Shown here piece after piece: positions 1 to 8,490 of a stretch of DNA of 42,968 nt (within the stretch, counting starts at the first letter, position 1; every line of letters begins with the position of its first letter). The notes beneath the pieces are model-generated. The model was not told where the DNA came from. It made no database searches and saw only the letters and a list, made by a program, of their open reading frames with translations. Source of the stretch: Thermoplasmata archaeon. Lineage in GTDB: Archaea; Thermoplasmatota; Thermoplasmata; UBA10834. Position numbers and translations under genes: made by a program. Where the stretch lies: positions 1-42,968 of the forward strand of contig JBASRQ010000071.1 of the NCBI GenBank assembly GCA_049273895.1, written 5' to 3'.

Positions 1-1
1 C

Positions 2-784
2 GTGCTCTTCAAACCGTCTCCGAAGTCGATCGTGAAGGCTTTCATTGCGAGCAGGGTGTACAGGGGGAAGCCGATCGAGGAGGAGGAGAACAAGAAGTTT
101 TACTTCGAAGAGTCGGTGGACGCGGAATCTCTGGACTACGACTCGCTGTATTCGCGGTACAAGGAAGAGTTTGGCGGACTCGACTTCCTCGAGGACCAGA
201 AGCTCTGGGAAATACTGGAGGACGAGATCTTCTGGGCTTCCAGGTTCAACTCCGTGGACAGGTTCCAGCTCGTCTTCACAGTCCTTGCCCAGATAGAGAG
301 GACAGGCACCAAGGCCTATCTCGCCCAGCAGTCCCCTGAGGCGAAGGAGATGAAGGATCGGGTCAGACGAGTGACGGGCGAGTTCAGAAGGGCGAAGCAG
401 TACATCGCATTCGCAGAGGATGCACAGAACAAGGTGATGATAGGCAAAGCGAGCTTCGAGCACAGGATCATAGACCTTGTGCTCAGGCACTATGCGAAAA
501 GACATCCCGGAGACTCGGTGGTCATTCTCGACGAAGAGCATGCGCACATCTGCTTCAAGGACGAGATCCTCATCGACTCGCGGAAGAAGTTCCCCGAGAG
601 GCCCGGGAGGAAGGATGCTGCCCGGTATTGGATGTTGTTCTCTGATCTCAAGCATCTGGAGTCGAAGAGGGACAGGGAATACTACGCGGGAGCGCTTCCG
701 ACGAACTATTGGAAGTGGGTTTCCGACGGAGCGCAGGTATTTGGAACTATCCCAAAGACCACCCTGGACGATTTCTCATCCTAG
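2..784 (+). CDS. 3' part of a gene entering from the left edge; hypothetical protein, possibly DUF4130/TIGR03915-like 'probable DNA metabolism protein'
   Basis: The frame is open from the window edge to TAG at 782-784, so the true start lies outside the window. The C-terminal ...ARYWMLFSDLKHLESKRDREYYAGALPTNYWKWV resembles, from memory, the W/YW-rich tail of DUF4130 proteins. The family assignment is tentative. Confidence 0.45.
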   Translation: MLFKPSPKSIVKAFIASRVYRGKPIEEEENKKFYFEESVDAESLDYDSLYSRYKEEFGGLDFLEDQKLWEILEDEIFWASRFNSVDRFQLVFTVLAQIERTGTKAYLAQQSPEAKEMKDRVRRVTGEFRRAKQYIAFAEDAQNKVMIGKASFEHRIIDLVLRHYAKRHPGDSVVILDEEHAHICFKDEILIDSRKKFPERPGRKDAARYWMLFSDLKHLESKRDREYYAGALPTNYWKWVSDGAQVFGTIPKTTLDDFSS

Positions 785-920
785 GGCAGACCTCAAATAC
801 CCGCGAGGACAGACTTTTGAGACAACGATGAGGTGGAATTCGAGTGTTTTGCCCCCAAAGTTAGATAACCCCTCCCTCCCATAATAAGCATGTCTGGGGC
901 ATCACTCAGGGAACATCAGC

Positions 921-1649
921 TTGACCGAAAGAACACATGCCGCGGAGAAAGAGAAGCAGTTCGCGTTCTTCATGGACCTCCTAGGGCACGACATATTGAA
1001 CAACAACCAGGCGGTGCTCGGGTACCTGGAGCTCCTCCTTGCCACCCCGGGCGCGGACAGGGTCGCCAAGAGATATGCCGAGAAAGCAATCTCCCACGTG
1101 CGAACTTCCACGATCCTTGTCGACAACATCAAGCGGTTGCTCGCAACGATGGCGGCCGATCCGGACTCATTCAGGCCAATCGATCTCCACTCCGCTATCA
1201 ACCTATCTGAGAGGGATCTTGTCAGGATGTATCCGGACAAGAGGATAAAGGTCCAAATCGCGCCCGAGGTCGAGAAGGCATTTGTCATCGGGAACAACGC
1301 CGCGCGCGATCTCATCATGAACGCCATGGCGAACATCGTGAAGCTCGATCAGAGCGATGAGGTCGAGCTGTCGATGAAGCTCAAGGAGGTCGAGTACAAG
1401 GGCAAGATGTGCTGGAGGATCTCCTTGGAGGACTCCAATGCGCAGCTCCCGCCCGCTCTGAAAGGCAAAGATGTAGAGTCCATCTACCTCCAGGACAGTT
1501 CCACAGCTGTGAAGCTGTCCGGGCTCCTCTTCGCAAAGATGATCTGCGAGAATCTAGGCGGAGATTTCGACGTGCGGGAACTCCCCGGGAAGGGACAGAA
1601 GAAGGGCGCGGCCTTTGTAATGACTTTGAGGAAGGCGAGTGGGCCATGA
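921..1649 (+). CDS. Sensor-less histidine kinase (HisKA + HATPase_c only)
   Basis: Motifs seen are the H-box FFMDLLGHDILNNNQAVLGYLELL, an N-box-like NAMANIVK and a G2-like LSGLLFAKMICENLGG. The start is TTG. The stop TGA (1647-1649) overlaps the ATG of the next gene (ATGA). No TM or PAS/GAF region precedes the H-box. Confidence 0.75.
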   Translation: MTERTHAAEKEKQFAFFMDLLGHDILNNNQAVLGYLELLLATPGADRVAKRYAEKAISHVRTSTILVDNIKRLLATMAADPDSFRPIDLHSAINLSERDLVRMYPDKRIKVQIAPEVEKAFVIGNNAARDLIMNAMANIVKLDQSDEVELSMKLKEVEYKGKMCWRISLEDSNAQLPPALKGKDVESIYLQDSSTAVKLSGLLFAKMICENLGGDFDVRELPGKGQKKGAAFVMTLRKASGP

Positions 1650-2011
1650 CAAGCGTACTCATAGTGGACGACGAACTCTTCATCGTTGAGCTGTACAGGG
1701 ATATCCTGCAGCTAAGAGGCTACAGGGTCGTCGGCACCGCCTTCGACGGGGAGGAGGCGCTGAAGAAGTACAGTGCATCGACCGACAAGCCCGATGTGAT
1801 AATAATGGACCACAGGATGCCAGTCATGAACGGTGTCGATGCGACAAAGGAGATCATAAGGCTGAACCCGAGCCAAAAGGTCATCTTCGTCAGTGCGGAC
1901 GTGCTGGTCGAGAAGGAAGCGAAGGACGCGGGAGCGCTGGAGTTCCTGCCGAAGCCTTTCAGAATGGACGACCTCATCGAGAAGATGGAGAGGATCACCT
2001 CCCCTCGATGA
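1646..2011 (+). CDS. Single-domain CheY-like response regulator (receiver only)
   Basis: MTSVLIVDDE acidic pocket, phospho-acceptor Asp in DVIIMDHRMP, FVSA and KPF motifs; 121 aa with no output domain. The ATG at 1646 is translationally coupled to the kinase gene. Confidence 0.9.
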   Translation: MTSVLIVDDELFIVELYRDILQLRGYRVVGTAFDGEEALKKYSASTDKPDVIIMDHRMPVMNGVDATKEIIRLNPSQKVIFVSADVLVEKEAKDAGALEFLPKPFRMDDLIEKMERITSPR

Positions 2012-2121
2012 TTGGCAACTGTGCTGTTGTCGCCCGACTGGCAATAATATGCGAACGCCCGAATACAAACCGATAAGTTAAAAAGCCAAACGGGCATATT
2101 GGAGCAAGGTAGTGTTTCACG

Positions 2122-3186
2122 ATGTTGGATGGCTTCACTAAGGCGAGGGCCATGAACTTCCCGAGGCAGGTCCTCGCAGGCCACGGATGCATAGACCAAG
2201 TGGGATCCGTGTGCAAGGACTTCGAGCTCAAGGGAATAGGCCTCATAGTCACCGGACCCACGACGGGCACTCTCGCAGCCAAAGCGGTGAAGGAGTCCCT
2301 CGAGGGAAGGGATTTCGACGTGCAGCAGATCGAGGTCGGTGTGGCGAACCAGCAGAACCTCGTGAAGGTTGAGGAAGTGGCCAAGGATGTTCGCGCATCC
2401 TTCCTGCTGGGAGTTGGCGGCGGCAGCAAGATAGATCTCGCAAAGCTGGCTTCCGTGAATCTCAGAATGCCTTTCCTGAGCATCCCGACATCGGCCTCGC
2501 ACGACGGGATCGCGAGTCCCCGGGCGTCCATCAAGGACGGAGGCAATTCCCTCTCGCTGAACGCGACGGTGCCCTTGGGAGTCATCGCAGACACCGCTCT
2601 CATCGTCAAGGCACCGTACAGGCTCCTCGCGTCTGGATGCGCAGACGTGATCTCCAACTCGACAGCGATACTCGACTGGCAACTTGCGGAGAGGCTCCGC
2701 TCGGACGACTTCAGCTCCAGCGCAGCCAACCTCGCGAAGTACGCCGCAGAGTCAATCATCGAGAACGCAGCCTCCATCAAGCCCAACCTCGAGGAGAGCG
2801 TCTGGGTCGCGATAAGGCCGATAATCATCTCAGGCATATCGATGGCGGTGGCCGGGTCCTCGAGACCGACTAGCGGCTCGGAGCACATGTTCTCTCATCT
2901 TCTCGATAAAATCGCGCCAGGCAAGGCTCTTCACGGAGAGCAATGCGGCGTCGGGTCAGTCATGATGATGTACCTTCACGGAGGGGATTGGCAGCGCATA
3001 CGCGAAGCCCTTCTGCTGATAGGTGCGCCTACTAGCGCCAAGGATCTAGGTGTGTCGAAGGAACAGCTGATAGAAGCTCTCGTGCACGCTCACGAAATAA
3101 GAAAGGACCGGTACACCATACTTGGAGACAGGGGGTTGAACCCAGACGCCGCTGAACGCTTGGCGAGGATTACGAAAGTGATCTGA
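2122..3186 (+). CDS. egsA: sn-Glycerol-1-phosphate dehydrogenase [NAD(P)+]
   Basis: 354 aa. Has an iron-ADH/DHQS-like fold signature (GVGGGSKIDLAK, SASHDGIASP, GSEHMFSH...HGEQCG) typical of archaeal G1PDH. An A/T-rich box (aagttaaaaag) lies about 45 nt upstream. Confidence 0.9.
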   Translation: MLDGFTKARAMNFPRQVLAGHGCIDQVGSVCKDFELKGIGLIVTGPTTGTLAAKAVKESLEGRDFDVQQIEVGVANQQNLVKVEEVAKDVRASFLLGVGGGSKIDLAKLASVNLRMPFLSIPTSASHDGIASPRASIKDGGNSLSLNATVPLGVIADTALIVKAPYRLLASGCADVISNSTAILDWQLAERLRSDDFSSSAANLAKYAAESIIENAASIKPNLEESVWVAIRPIIISGISMAVAGSSRPTSGSEHMFSHLLDKIAPGKALHGEQCGVGSVMMMYLHGGDWQRIREALLLIGAPTSAKDLGVSKEQLIEALVHAHEIRKDRYTILGDRGLNPDAAERLARITKVI

Positions 3187-3202
3187 GATAGAGGTGTTCA
3201 GC

Positions 3203-3628
3203 ATGGTACTGGTGACTGTCGTCGGCGAACAGCAGTGCAAGAAGGGTTTCGAGTTCGTCTTCGGGGGCCCTCTGGCCGAGTGCAGGGAGTGCAAGGTGAA
3301 GAACGTGTGCTTCCACCTCGAGCAGAATCGGTGGTACAGGGTCACTGAAGTTAGAGACGTCCACCACGAGTGCAGGATTCACGAGGGCGGAGTCAGGGTG
3401 GTCGAGGTCGAGAAGCTACCGACGCGGGCCGCATTGCCGACGAGGGCTGCCGTCGAGGGTTCGATGATAACCTACGAGGAGATCGACTGCAACCGCCTGG
3501 GGTGCACCAACTACAGGATATGCAGGCCGTGGGGCGCTGGAGAGGGAATGAGGTTCAGGATAGCCTCGGTGGAGAAGGAGATTGACTGCCCACGGGGCGA
3601 TAGCCTCAGAGTCGTCTTGCTGGATTGA
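3203..3628 (+). CDS. UPF0179 family protein (archaeal, Cys-rich)
   Basis: VLVTVVGEQQCKKGFEFVFGGPLAECRECKVKNVCFHLEQNRWYRV matches the N-terminal pattern I recall for UPF0179. I prefer ATG 3203, which has GAGGTG 7 nt upstream, over the GTG 3194 in the ORF track. Confidence 0.7.
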   Translation: MVLVTVVGEQQCKKGFEFVFGGPLAECRECKVKNVCFHLEQNRWYRVTEVRDVHHECRIHEGGVRVVEVEKLPTRAALPTRAAVEGSMITYEEIDCNRLGCTNYRICRPWGAGEGMRFRIASVEKEIDCPRGDSLRVVLLD

Positions 3629-3658
3629 CCTAAGGCACAGAATTCGATTCGACGGTGA

Positions 3659-3904
3659 CTATCCCCCGCTGACCGGCGGAAGGAACGACACTTCGTCCCC
3701 CTCCTTGAGTACCTTGGCTGGGGGGCCGTACTCTTTGTTCACGGAGAGGATTATGTGCTCTCGGTATCTGTCCATTTGCGGGAATCTGCGCACATAGTCG
3801 TCGAGAAGCATCTGGACTGTCGTGCCATCTTTCAGGTTCAGTTCCTCTTCCTTCGCGCCCACGATTTCTCTGAAGGCGGCGAACAGCTTCACCTTGATTC
3901 TCAT
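3659..3904 (-). CDS. MoaD/ThiS-type beta-grasp protein ending in Gly-Gly (candidate small archaeal modifier protein / sulfur carrier)
   Basis: 81 aa, MRIKVKLFAAFREIVG...EGDEVSFLPPVSGG followed directly by a stop. A TATA-like gtataatcc on the minus strand lies about 25 nt upstream of the ATG. Confidence 0.85.
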   Translation of the reverse strand: MRIKVKLFAAFREIVGAKEEELNLKDGTTVQMLLDDYVRRFPQMDRYREHIILSVNKEYGPPAKVLKEGDEVSFLPPVSGG

Positions 3905-4468
3905 GATGGATCACTGCGCGGGATTATACGGCTCTCTGTCGAGTAGTAGATGTCTTGCCGGTATTCAAATCATCCGCAGAATTCCGAAAGGACTTTGTCT
4001 GCACGGAGTTCTGTGCTCGAGTCATTCTGTTCTACGGAAGGCCACACATGAGTGTTAGGGTTGATTACCAGGTTTTGTTTCTCCTGGTCGAGGAGTTTGA
4101 TAATAAACCAGATAACACATATGATAATCATTTCCACTTGAACCGGCGCTTCCTTTGAAAGTCTGTTACCAACTCTTGTGGGAAAACGTACTTATGTGAT
4201 GTATGATGTTGGCAACCTGCACGCAGTAGCAAAGCTTTTCACCTCCAAAGTGCCAAGCTGAGGTGGAAGCGCAACAGATGGTCTTCTACGGGCAAAAACA
4301 GGGGCAAGGCTATCGAGATTGCCTGGTGCTGTGGGCTTCGCAGCTTGGACAAAGACTCACGATCGCAGAGGGGGAGTAATGTCGGCATCATCGGGTCATT
4401 CAAGAGGGGGCGCTGTCGGTCCCGGCGACAGCCGCGCGGCAGCGCAGGGATGGGCTCTCGAGCCTCAG

Positions 4469-7400
4469 ATGACCGCGAACGCGAAGGTCGTGCTCGAGCG
4501 CAGGTACCTCAAGAAAGACGACCAGGGAAAACCAATTGAGACGCCAAGGGAACTGTTCGAGCGAGTGGCGAAGGGAATAGCCATTGCGGAAAGGAACTAC
4601 GGCAAATCCGATGCGGAGATGGACAAGACAGCCGAAAAATACTACGAGATAATGGCTCGGCTTGAGTTCATGCCGAACAGCCCGACACTGATGAACGCAG
4701 GCAGAGAGCTGGGGCAGCTGTCCGCTTGCTTCGTCCTGCCAATCGAAGACTCGATGGAAGACATCTTTGACGCCATCAAATACACAGCCCTGATTCACAA
4801 ATGTCTTGTTCCAGAAACTCTGGTGATGACAGACGCAGGGTGCAGGACGCTTGGGACAGTCGGATCCGGCGCGTGGGTGGAAACCCATGAGGGCATGGAT
4901 GTAGTTCACTCGAAGCACGTGAACGGCATTCAGGAAGTGTTCACGGTCGAGACTCATGAAGGCAACAGGATCACAGGGACCGCGCTCCATAGGCTCATGA
5001 CATGGAACCCCGATGGCGAGCTCGCCTGGCAGAAGATAGGTCAGCTGAAGCCCGGCGACAAACTCGTGATGAAACTCGGCGGCTGGCTTGGGGGCGCAGA
5101 GATGAGCGTACCTTTCGACCTATCTGAGTTCGCCGAGTCTGGCGTTGACGACAGATTGATAGGTGCAGATGAGAGGGCTCTGTGCGCATTCCTCAGGAAG
5201 ACCTTCAGCGACAGAGGCTGGATCTCACCTGCGGGCGTCGTCAGCGCTGAGTGCAGCTCACGGAAACTCGCTTCAGACTTGCAGACCGTCCTGTTCTATC
5301 TTGGAATTCTGACGGTCAGAGAGGGAGCCAGACTGACCGTGTGCAACAGGGCAGGCTTCATGGCGTTCAAGGAGAAGGTCGGATTCGACTCCGTCGTGCT
5401 TGCAAGGCGCCTCGAGGCGGTCGACGTCGAGCTAATGCTCGAGGAGCTGGCCGCGATGGGCACGCTCCACGAAGAGCCGGACGATGAAGGACACTATGTC
5501 GTGACCGTGAGGGGTGTCCTGCCCGAGGGAAAGCGGGAGGTGGTCGACCTGACCGTGCCTCAGCGGCATGCATACCTCGCGAACGGATTCATATCTCACA
5601 ACAGCGGAGGGGGAACCGGATTCAGCTTCTCTAGGCTGAGGCCTGCGAGCGACTCCGTCAAGAGCACTGCAGGTGTCTCGAGCGGGCCGATTTCGTTCAT
5701 GGAGGTCTTCAACGCGGCCACGGAGACCATCAAGCAGGGGGGGACGCGCAGGGGGGCGAACATGGGCATACTGCGCGTGGACCATCCCGACATCCTCGAG
5801 TTCATCACCAGCAAGCGCGACAGCACCAAGCTGACCAACTTCAACATATCCGTGGCATTGACCGACAAGTTCGTTCAGGCCCTGGAGGTGGACGGGGAGT
5901 ACGACCTCGTCAACCCGAGGACAAAACAGGTAGCCAGGAAGTTGAAGGCCAGGAAGGTCTTCGACCTCATAATCAACATGGCCTGGAGGAATGGGGAGCC
6001 GGGCGTGATCTTCTTAGACCGGATCAACAGGGACAACCCGACACCGAAGGTGGGGGAGATCGAGAGCACCAACCCTTGCGGCGAGCAACCCTTGCTGCCT
6101 TACGAATCGTGCAACCTGGGATCCATTAACCTCGCGAAGATGCTGACCCACAAGGACGGCCGTCCCGCATTCGACTGGGCGAAGCTGGGAGAGACCGTCC
6201 GCTGGTCGGTGAGGTTCCTCGACGATGTCATCGACGTCAACAAGTACCCGCTCAAGCAGATCGAGGAGATGACCAGGGCGAACCGCAAGATAGGCCTCGG
6301 CGTAATGGGTTTCGCTGACATGCTCCTGAGGCTGGGCATTCCCTACGACACCGAGGAGGCGGCCGGGCTCGGCCGCGACATCATGAAGTTCATCAACGAC
6401 AAGGGACACGAGGCCTCCGTCGTGCTGGCGGAGGAGCGGGGAAGCTTCCCGAACTTCCCTGAGAGCACGCTGGCGAGCATGTACAAGCGCATCAGGAACG
6501 CGACGGTGACGACCATCGCCCCGACAGGAACCATCAGCATAATCTCGGGGGTGTCGAGCGGCATCGAGCCAATATTCGCCATTGCCTATGTCCGCAATGT
6601 CATGGACAAGGACATCCTGCCCGAGGTGAACCCGATATTCGAGGAGGTCGCCAGAGACAGGGGCTTCTACACCGAGGAACTCATGAAGGAGATCGCCACA
6701 AAAGGCTCCGTGAAGGACCTCAAGATGGTCCCGGAGGACATACGAAGGCTCTTCGTCACGGCGTTGGATATCTCGCCGGAGTGGCACATAAAGATGCAGG
6801 CCACATTCCAAGATTTCACGGACAACGCGGTCTCGAAGACCGTCAACTTCCCGAAGGAGGCCACGCCCAAGGATGTCGAGGACGTCTATCTCATGGCCTA
6901 CAAGCTGGGATGCAAGGGCGTAACTGTGTACCGATATGGAAGCCGCGAGGATCAGGTACTCAGCGTGGGCGAGGAGGCCAAACAGGCGGATGAACTGCGG
7001 GCCGAGCAGGAGGAGGCGTCGAGGCTCCCCAGGGCCAGACCGTATGTGACTCGCGGCTCGACCCAGAGGCTCGAGACCGGCTGCGGCCATCTCTATGTCA
7101 CGATCAACGAGGACGAGAGAGGCCTGTGCGAGGTGTTCACCCAGATGGGCAAATCCGGCGGGTGCACGGCCTCTCAGGCGGAGGCGGTCGGCAGGCTGAT
7201 ATCGCTTGCGCTCAGGTCCGGAATCGAGCCCGAGGCTATCGTCAAGCAGCTCAAGGGCATACGCTGCCCCTCACCGTTGTGGCAGCCGGGAGGAATGGTG
7301 CTCTCCTGCAGCGACGCCGTCGCCAAAGCCCTTGAACGGTTCGTCAAGAACAGTCCGCTCGCGGAGGAGAAGGGCGAGGGGACGGTCCCGGCAACGGCTG

Positions 7401-7537
7401 GGCCGGGCGGTCCAGCAAAGCAGAACTACATCAACAGAGGGGATGTGTGCCCCGAGTGTCCTGAATGTGGAAGCATGGTGGAGTATGTCGAGGGTTGCGT
7501 CGTCTGCAGAACCTGCGGCTTCTCCAAGTGCTGGTGA
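4469..7537 (+). CDS. nrdJ: Adenosylcobalamin-dependent (class II) ribonucleotide reductase, interrupted by an intein
   Basis: The N-extein ...MPNSPTLMNAG...ACFVLPIEDSMEDIFDAIKYTALIHK continues after the intein as SGGGTGFSFSRLRP. Later motifs are NPCGEQPL and TIAPTGTISI, and there is a C-terminal zinc ribbon CPECPECG...CVVCRTCG. I place the start at ATG 4469 (MTANAKVVLERRYL). The 50 upstream codons in the ORF track (from 4319) are G/R/A-rich and look non-coding. Confidence 0.9.
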   Translation: MTANAKVVLERRYLKKDDQGKPIETPRELFERVAKGIAIAERNYGKSDAEMDKTAEKYYEIMARLEFMPNSPTLMNAGRELGQLSACFVLPIEDSMEDIFDAIKYTALIHKCLVPETLVMTDAGCRTLGTVGSGAWVETHEGMDVVHSKHVNGIQEVFTVETHEGNRITGTALHRLMTWNPDGELAWQKIGQLKPGDKLVMKLGGWLGGAEMSVPFDLSEFAESGVDDRLIGADERALCAFLRKTFSDRGWISPAGVVSAECSSRKLASDLQTVLFYLGILTVREGARLTVCNRAGFMAFKEKVGFDSVVLARRLEAVDVELMLEELAAMGTLHEEPDDEGHYVVTVRGVLPEGKREVVDLTVPQRHAYLANGFISHNSGGGTGFSFSRLRPASDSVKSTAGVSSGPISFMEVFNAATETIKQGGTRRGANMGILRVDHPDILEFITSKRDSTKLTNFNISVALTDKFVQALEVDGEYDLVNPRTKQVARKLKARKVFDLIINMAWRNGEPGVIFLDRINRDNPTPKVGEIESTNPCGEQPLLPYESCNLGSINLAKMLTHKDGRPAFDWAKLGETVRWSVRFLDDVIDVNKYPLKQIEEMTRANRKIGLGVMGFADMLLRLGIPYDTEEAAGLGRDIMKFINDKGHEASVVLAEERGSFPNFPESTLASMYKRIRNATVTTIAPTGTISIISGVSSGIEPIFAIAYVRNVMDKDILPEVNPIFEEVARDRGFYTEELMKEIATKGSVKDLKMVPEDIRRLFVTALDISPEWHIKMQATFQDFTDNAVSKTVNFPKEATPKDVEDVYLMAYKLGCKGVTVYRYGSREDQVLSVGEEAKQADELRAEQEEASRLPRARPYVTRGSTQRLETGCGHLYVTINEDERGLCEVFTQMGKSGGCTASQAEAVGRLISLALRSGIEPEAIVKQLKGIRCPSPLWQPGGMVLSCSDAVAKALERFVKNSPLAEEKGEGTVPATAGPGGPAKQNYINRGDVCPECPECGSMVEYVEGCVVCRTCGFSKCW
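4802..5602 (+). mobile_element. Intein (267 codons) inserted in nrdJ between ...ALIHK and SGGGTG...
   Basis: Begins with Cys (TGT 4802; CLVPETLVMTDAG, block A). Has a TxxH block B (TGTALH). Ends ...VVDLTVPQRHAYLANGFISHN (AAC 5600-5602) with Ser +1. The middle carries one degenerate LAGLIDADG-like motif (AFLRKTFSDRGWI) plus SRKLASDLQTVLFYLGI. Confidence 0.85.
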
Positions 7538-7572
7538 TGGGACCAAGAAAAGAGGGAGTCTGAATTGCCTCT

Positions 7573-7605
7573 GGCCCCGAGGGATGCGGGGCCGAGGCGC
7601 GTTTT
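7573..7605 (+). terminator. Hairpin plus short T-run downstream of nrdJ
   Basis: GGCCCCG (7573-7579) / CGGGGCC (7587-7593) forms a 7-bp GC stem with a 7-nt loop, followed by TTTT at 7602-7605. Archaeal termination mainly needs oligo-T, so this is only suggestive. Confidence 0.35.
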
Positions 7606-7677
7606 CATCCTTCCCGGGAACGACAACTATTTCGCGCGCCTAGTCCAGTCGGGATGCATACCAAAGGAGGGCGGACA

Positions 7678-8253
7678 ATGAAAGTGCTGGCAATCAACGG
7701 GAGCCCGAGGAAGAACGGGAACACACAGGCGATGATCGACGAGGCTGCTGAGGGGCTCAGAGAGGGCGGAATCAAAGTCGAGAAGATATCGCTGGCAGAC
7801 CATGACATCCAGCCGTGCAATGGATGCGAGGCGTGTTGCAGTAGGCGTTGGAGCTGCCCGATCAAGGACGATGCAATCGTGGTCCTGAGGAGGATGGTCT
7901 CAGCCGACGGAGCGCTCATCGGCTCCCCCGTGTACTATGGAGGAGTGACGGCGCAACTGAAGGCGCTGTTCGACAGGTCCGTCATGCCGTACCAGATGCA
8001 TGCAATGAAGGGGAAGGTGGGAGGAGCGGTCTGCGTAGGGGGTGGAGCTCATGGAGGGCAGGAGCTGACGATCATGCAGATTGGCACCTACTTCTTCATG
8101 AGCGAAATGATTGTCGCGTGTTCCGAAGGCGGACTGTGCGGCGCGATGGCCGTTGGCAACGACAGAGGAGAAGTCCTGAAGGATGCGGAGGGACTCAGAA
8201 GCGCGCGATACATAGGCAATAGAATGGCGGAGCTGCTTACGAGGAATGATTAG
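7678..8253 (+). CDS. Iron-sulfur flavoprotein / NADPH-dependent FMN reductase family
   Basis: MKVLAINGSPRKNGNT flavodoxin-like start, the compact Cys cluster CNGCEACC-x5-C typical of Isf proteins, and GSPVYYGG. ATG 7678 is preceded by AAAGGAGGG. Confidence 0.8.
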   Translation: MKVLAINGSPRKNGNTQAMIDEAAEGLREGGIKVEKISLADHDIQPCNGCEACCSRRWSCPIKDDAIVVLRRMVSADGALIGSPVYYGGVTAQLKALFDRSVMPYQMHAMKGKVGGAVCVGGGAHGGQELTIMQIGTYFFMSEMIVACSEGGLCGAMAVGNDRGEVLKDAEGLRSARYIGNRMAELLTRND

Positions 8254-8490
8254 ATGACTTGCTTCGTCGCTCATATGAAGAAGAAGGGCTATTTCGAGCC
8301 TCTAGGCATGACAGTAACGAAGGAAAATGCGAAGGCGATCGAGGAGGAGATCGCCAGAACAGTCGGACTGGAGGGAGAGAGGTGTCCGATGATCTGGAAG
8401 GAGGTCAAGGTCTGGATCGCAGACCCTCAGAAGAAGGCCGTGCTCGACAAGAGCCTGAAAAAGAGGTTCGCCCCCAAGGAGAAAGAGTAG
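8254..8490 (+). CDS. Small hypothetical protein (78 aa, Lys/Glu-rich)
   Basis: The ATG abuts the TAG of the upstream flavoprotein gene (TAGATG). I recognise no family. An alternative start is Met8. Confidence 0.45.
   Translation: MTCFVAHMKKKGYFEPLGMTVTKENAKAIEEEIARTVGLEGERCPMIWKEVKVWIADPQKKAVLDKSLKKRFAPKEKE

Noticed and set aside
1720-2888. Long minus-strand ORFs (320 and 297 aa) opposite the response regulator and egsA
   Set aside because: They lie antisense to genes with clear family motifs and have Arg/Ser/Pro/Ala-rich, low-complexity translations. This is the typical stop-poor antisense frame artefact of a GC-rich genome.
4203-4261. C/D-box sRNA candidate (ATGATGT ... CTGA, 59 nt apart)
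   Set aside because: There are no credible internal D'/C' boxes with about 12-nt guide spacing, and no terminal stem flanks the boxes. The C box is also imperfect.
4319-4468. 50-codon N-terminal extension of nrdJ in the ORF track
   Set aside because: The translation (MPGAVGFAAWTKTHDRRGGVMSASSGHSRGGAVGPGDSRAAAQGW...) is low-complexity and is not a known RNR N-domain (no ATP-cone). The conserved protein begins at ATG 4469.
4300-4468. Possible cobalamin riboswitch ahead of the B12-dependent reductase
   Set aside because: I looked for the B12-box (GCCACUG-like) and for GGUG..AAUCC elements. Only a loose resemblance exists (CGGTCCCGGCGACAG). There is not enough to call one, so the region is kept only as a generic structured-leader finding.
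6014-7090. 358-aa minus-strand ORF inside nrdJ, with similar cases at 10151-10825 (antisense to the trpB-like gene), 22546-23112, 26599-27255 and 37776-38792
   Set aside because: All are antisense to strongly supported genes, have biased composition, and show no recognisable motifs or plausible RBS context. I treat them as GC-driven spurious ORFs.
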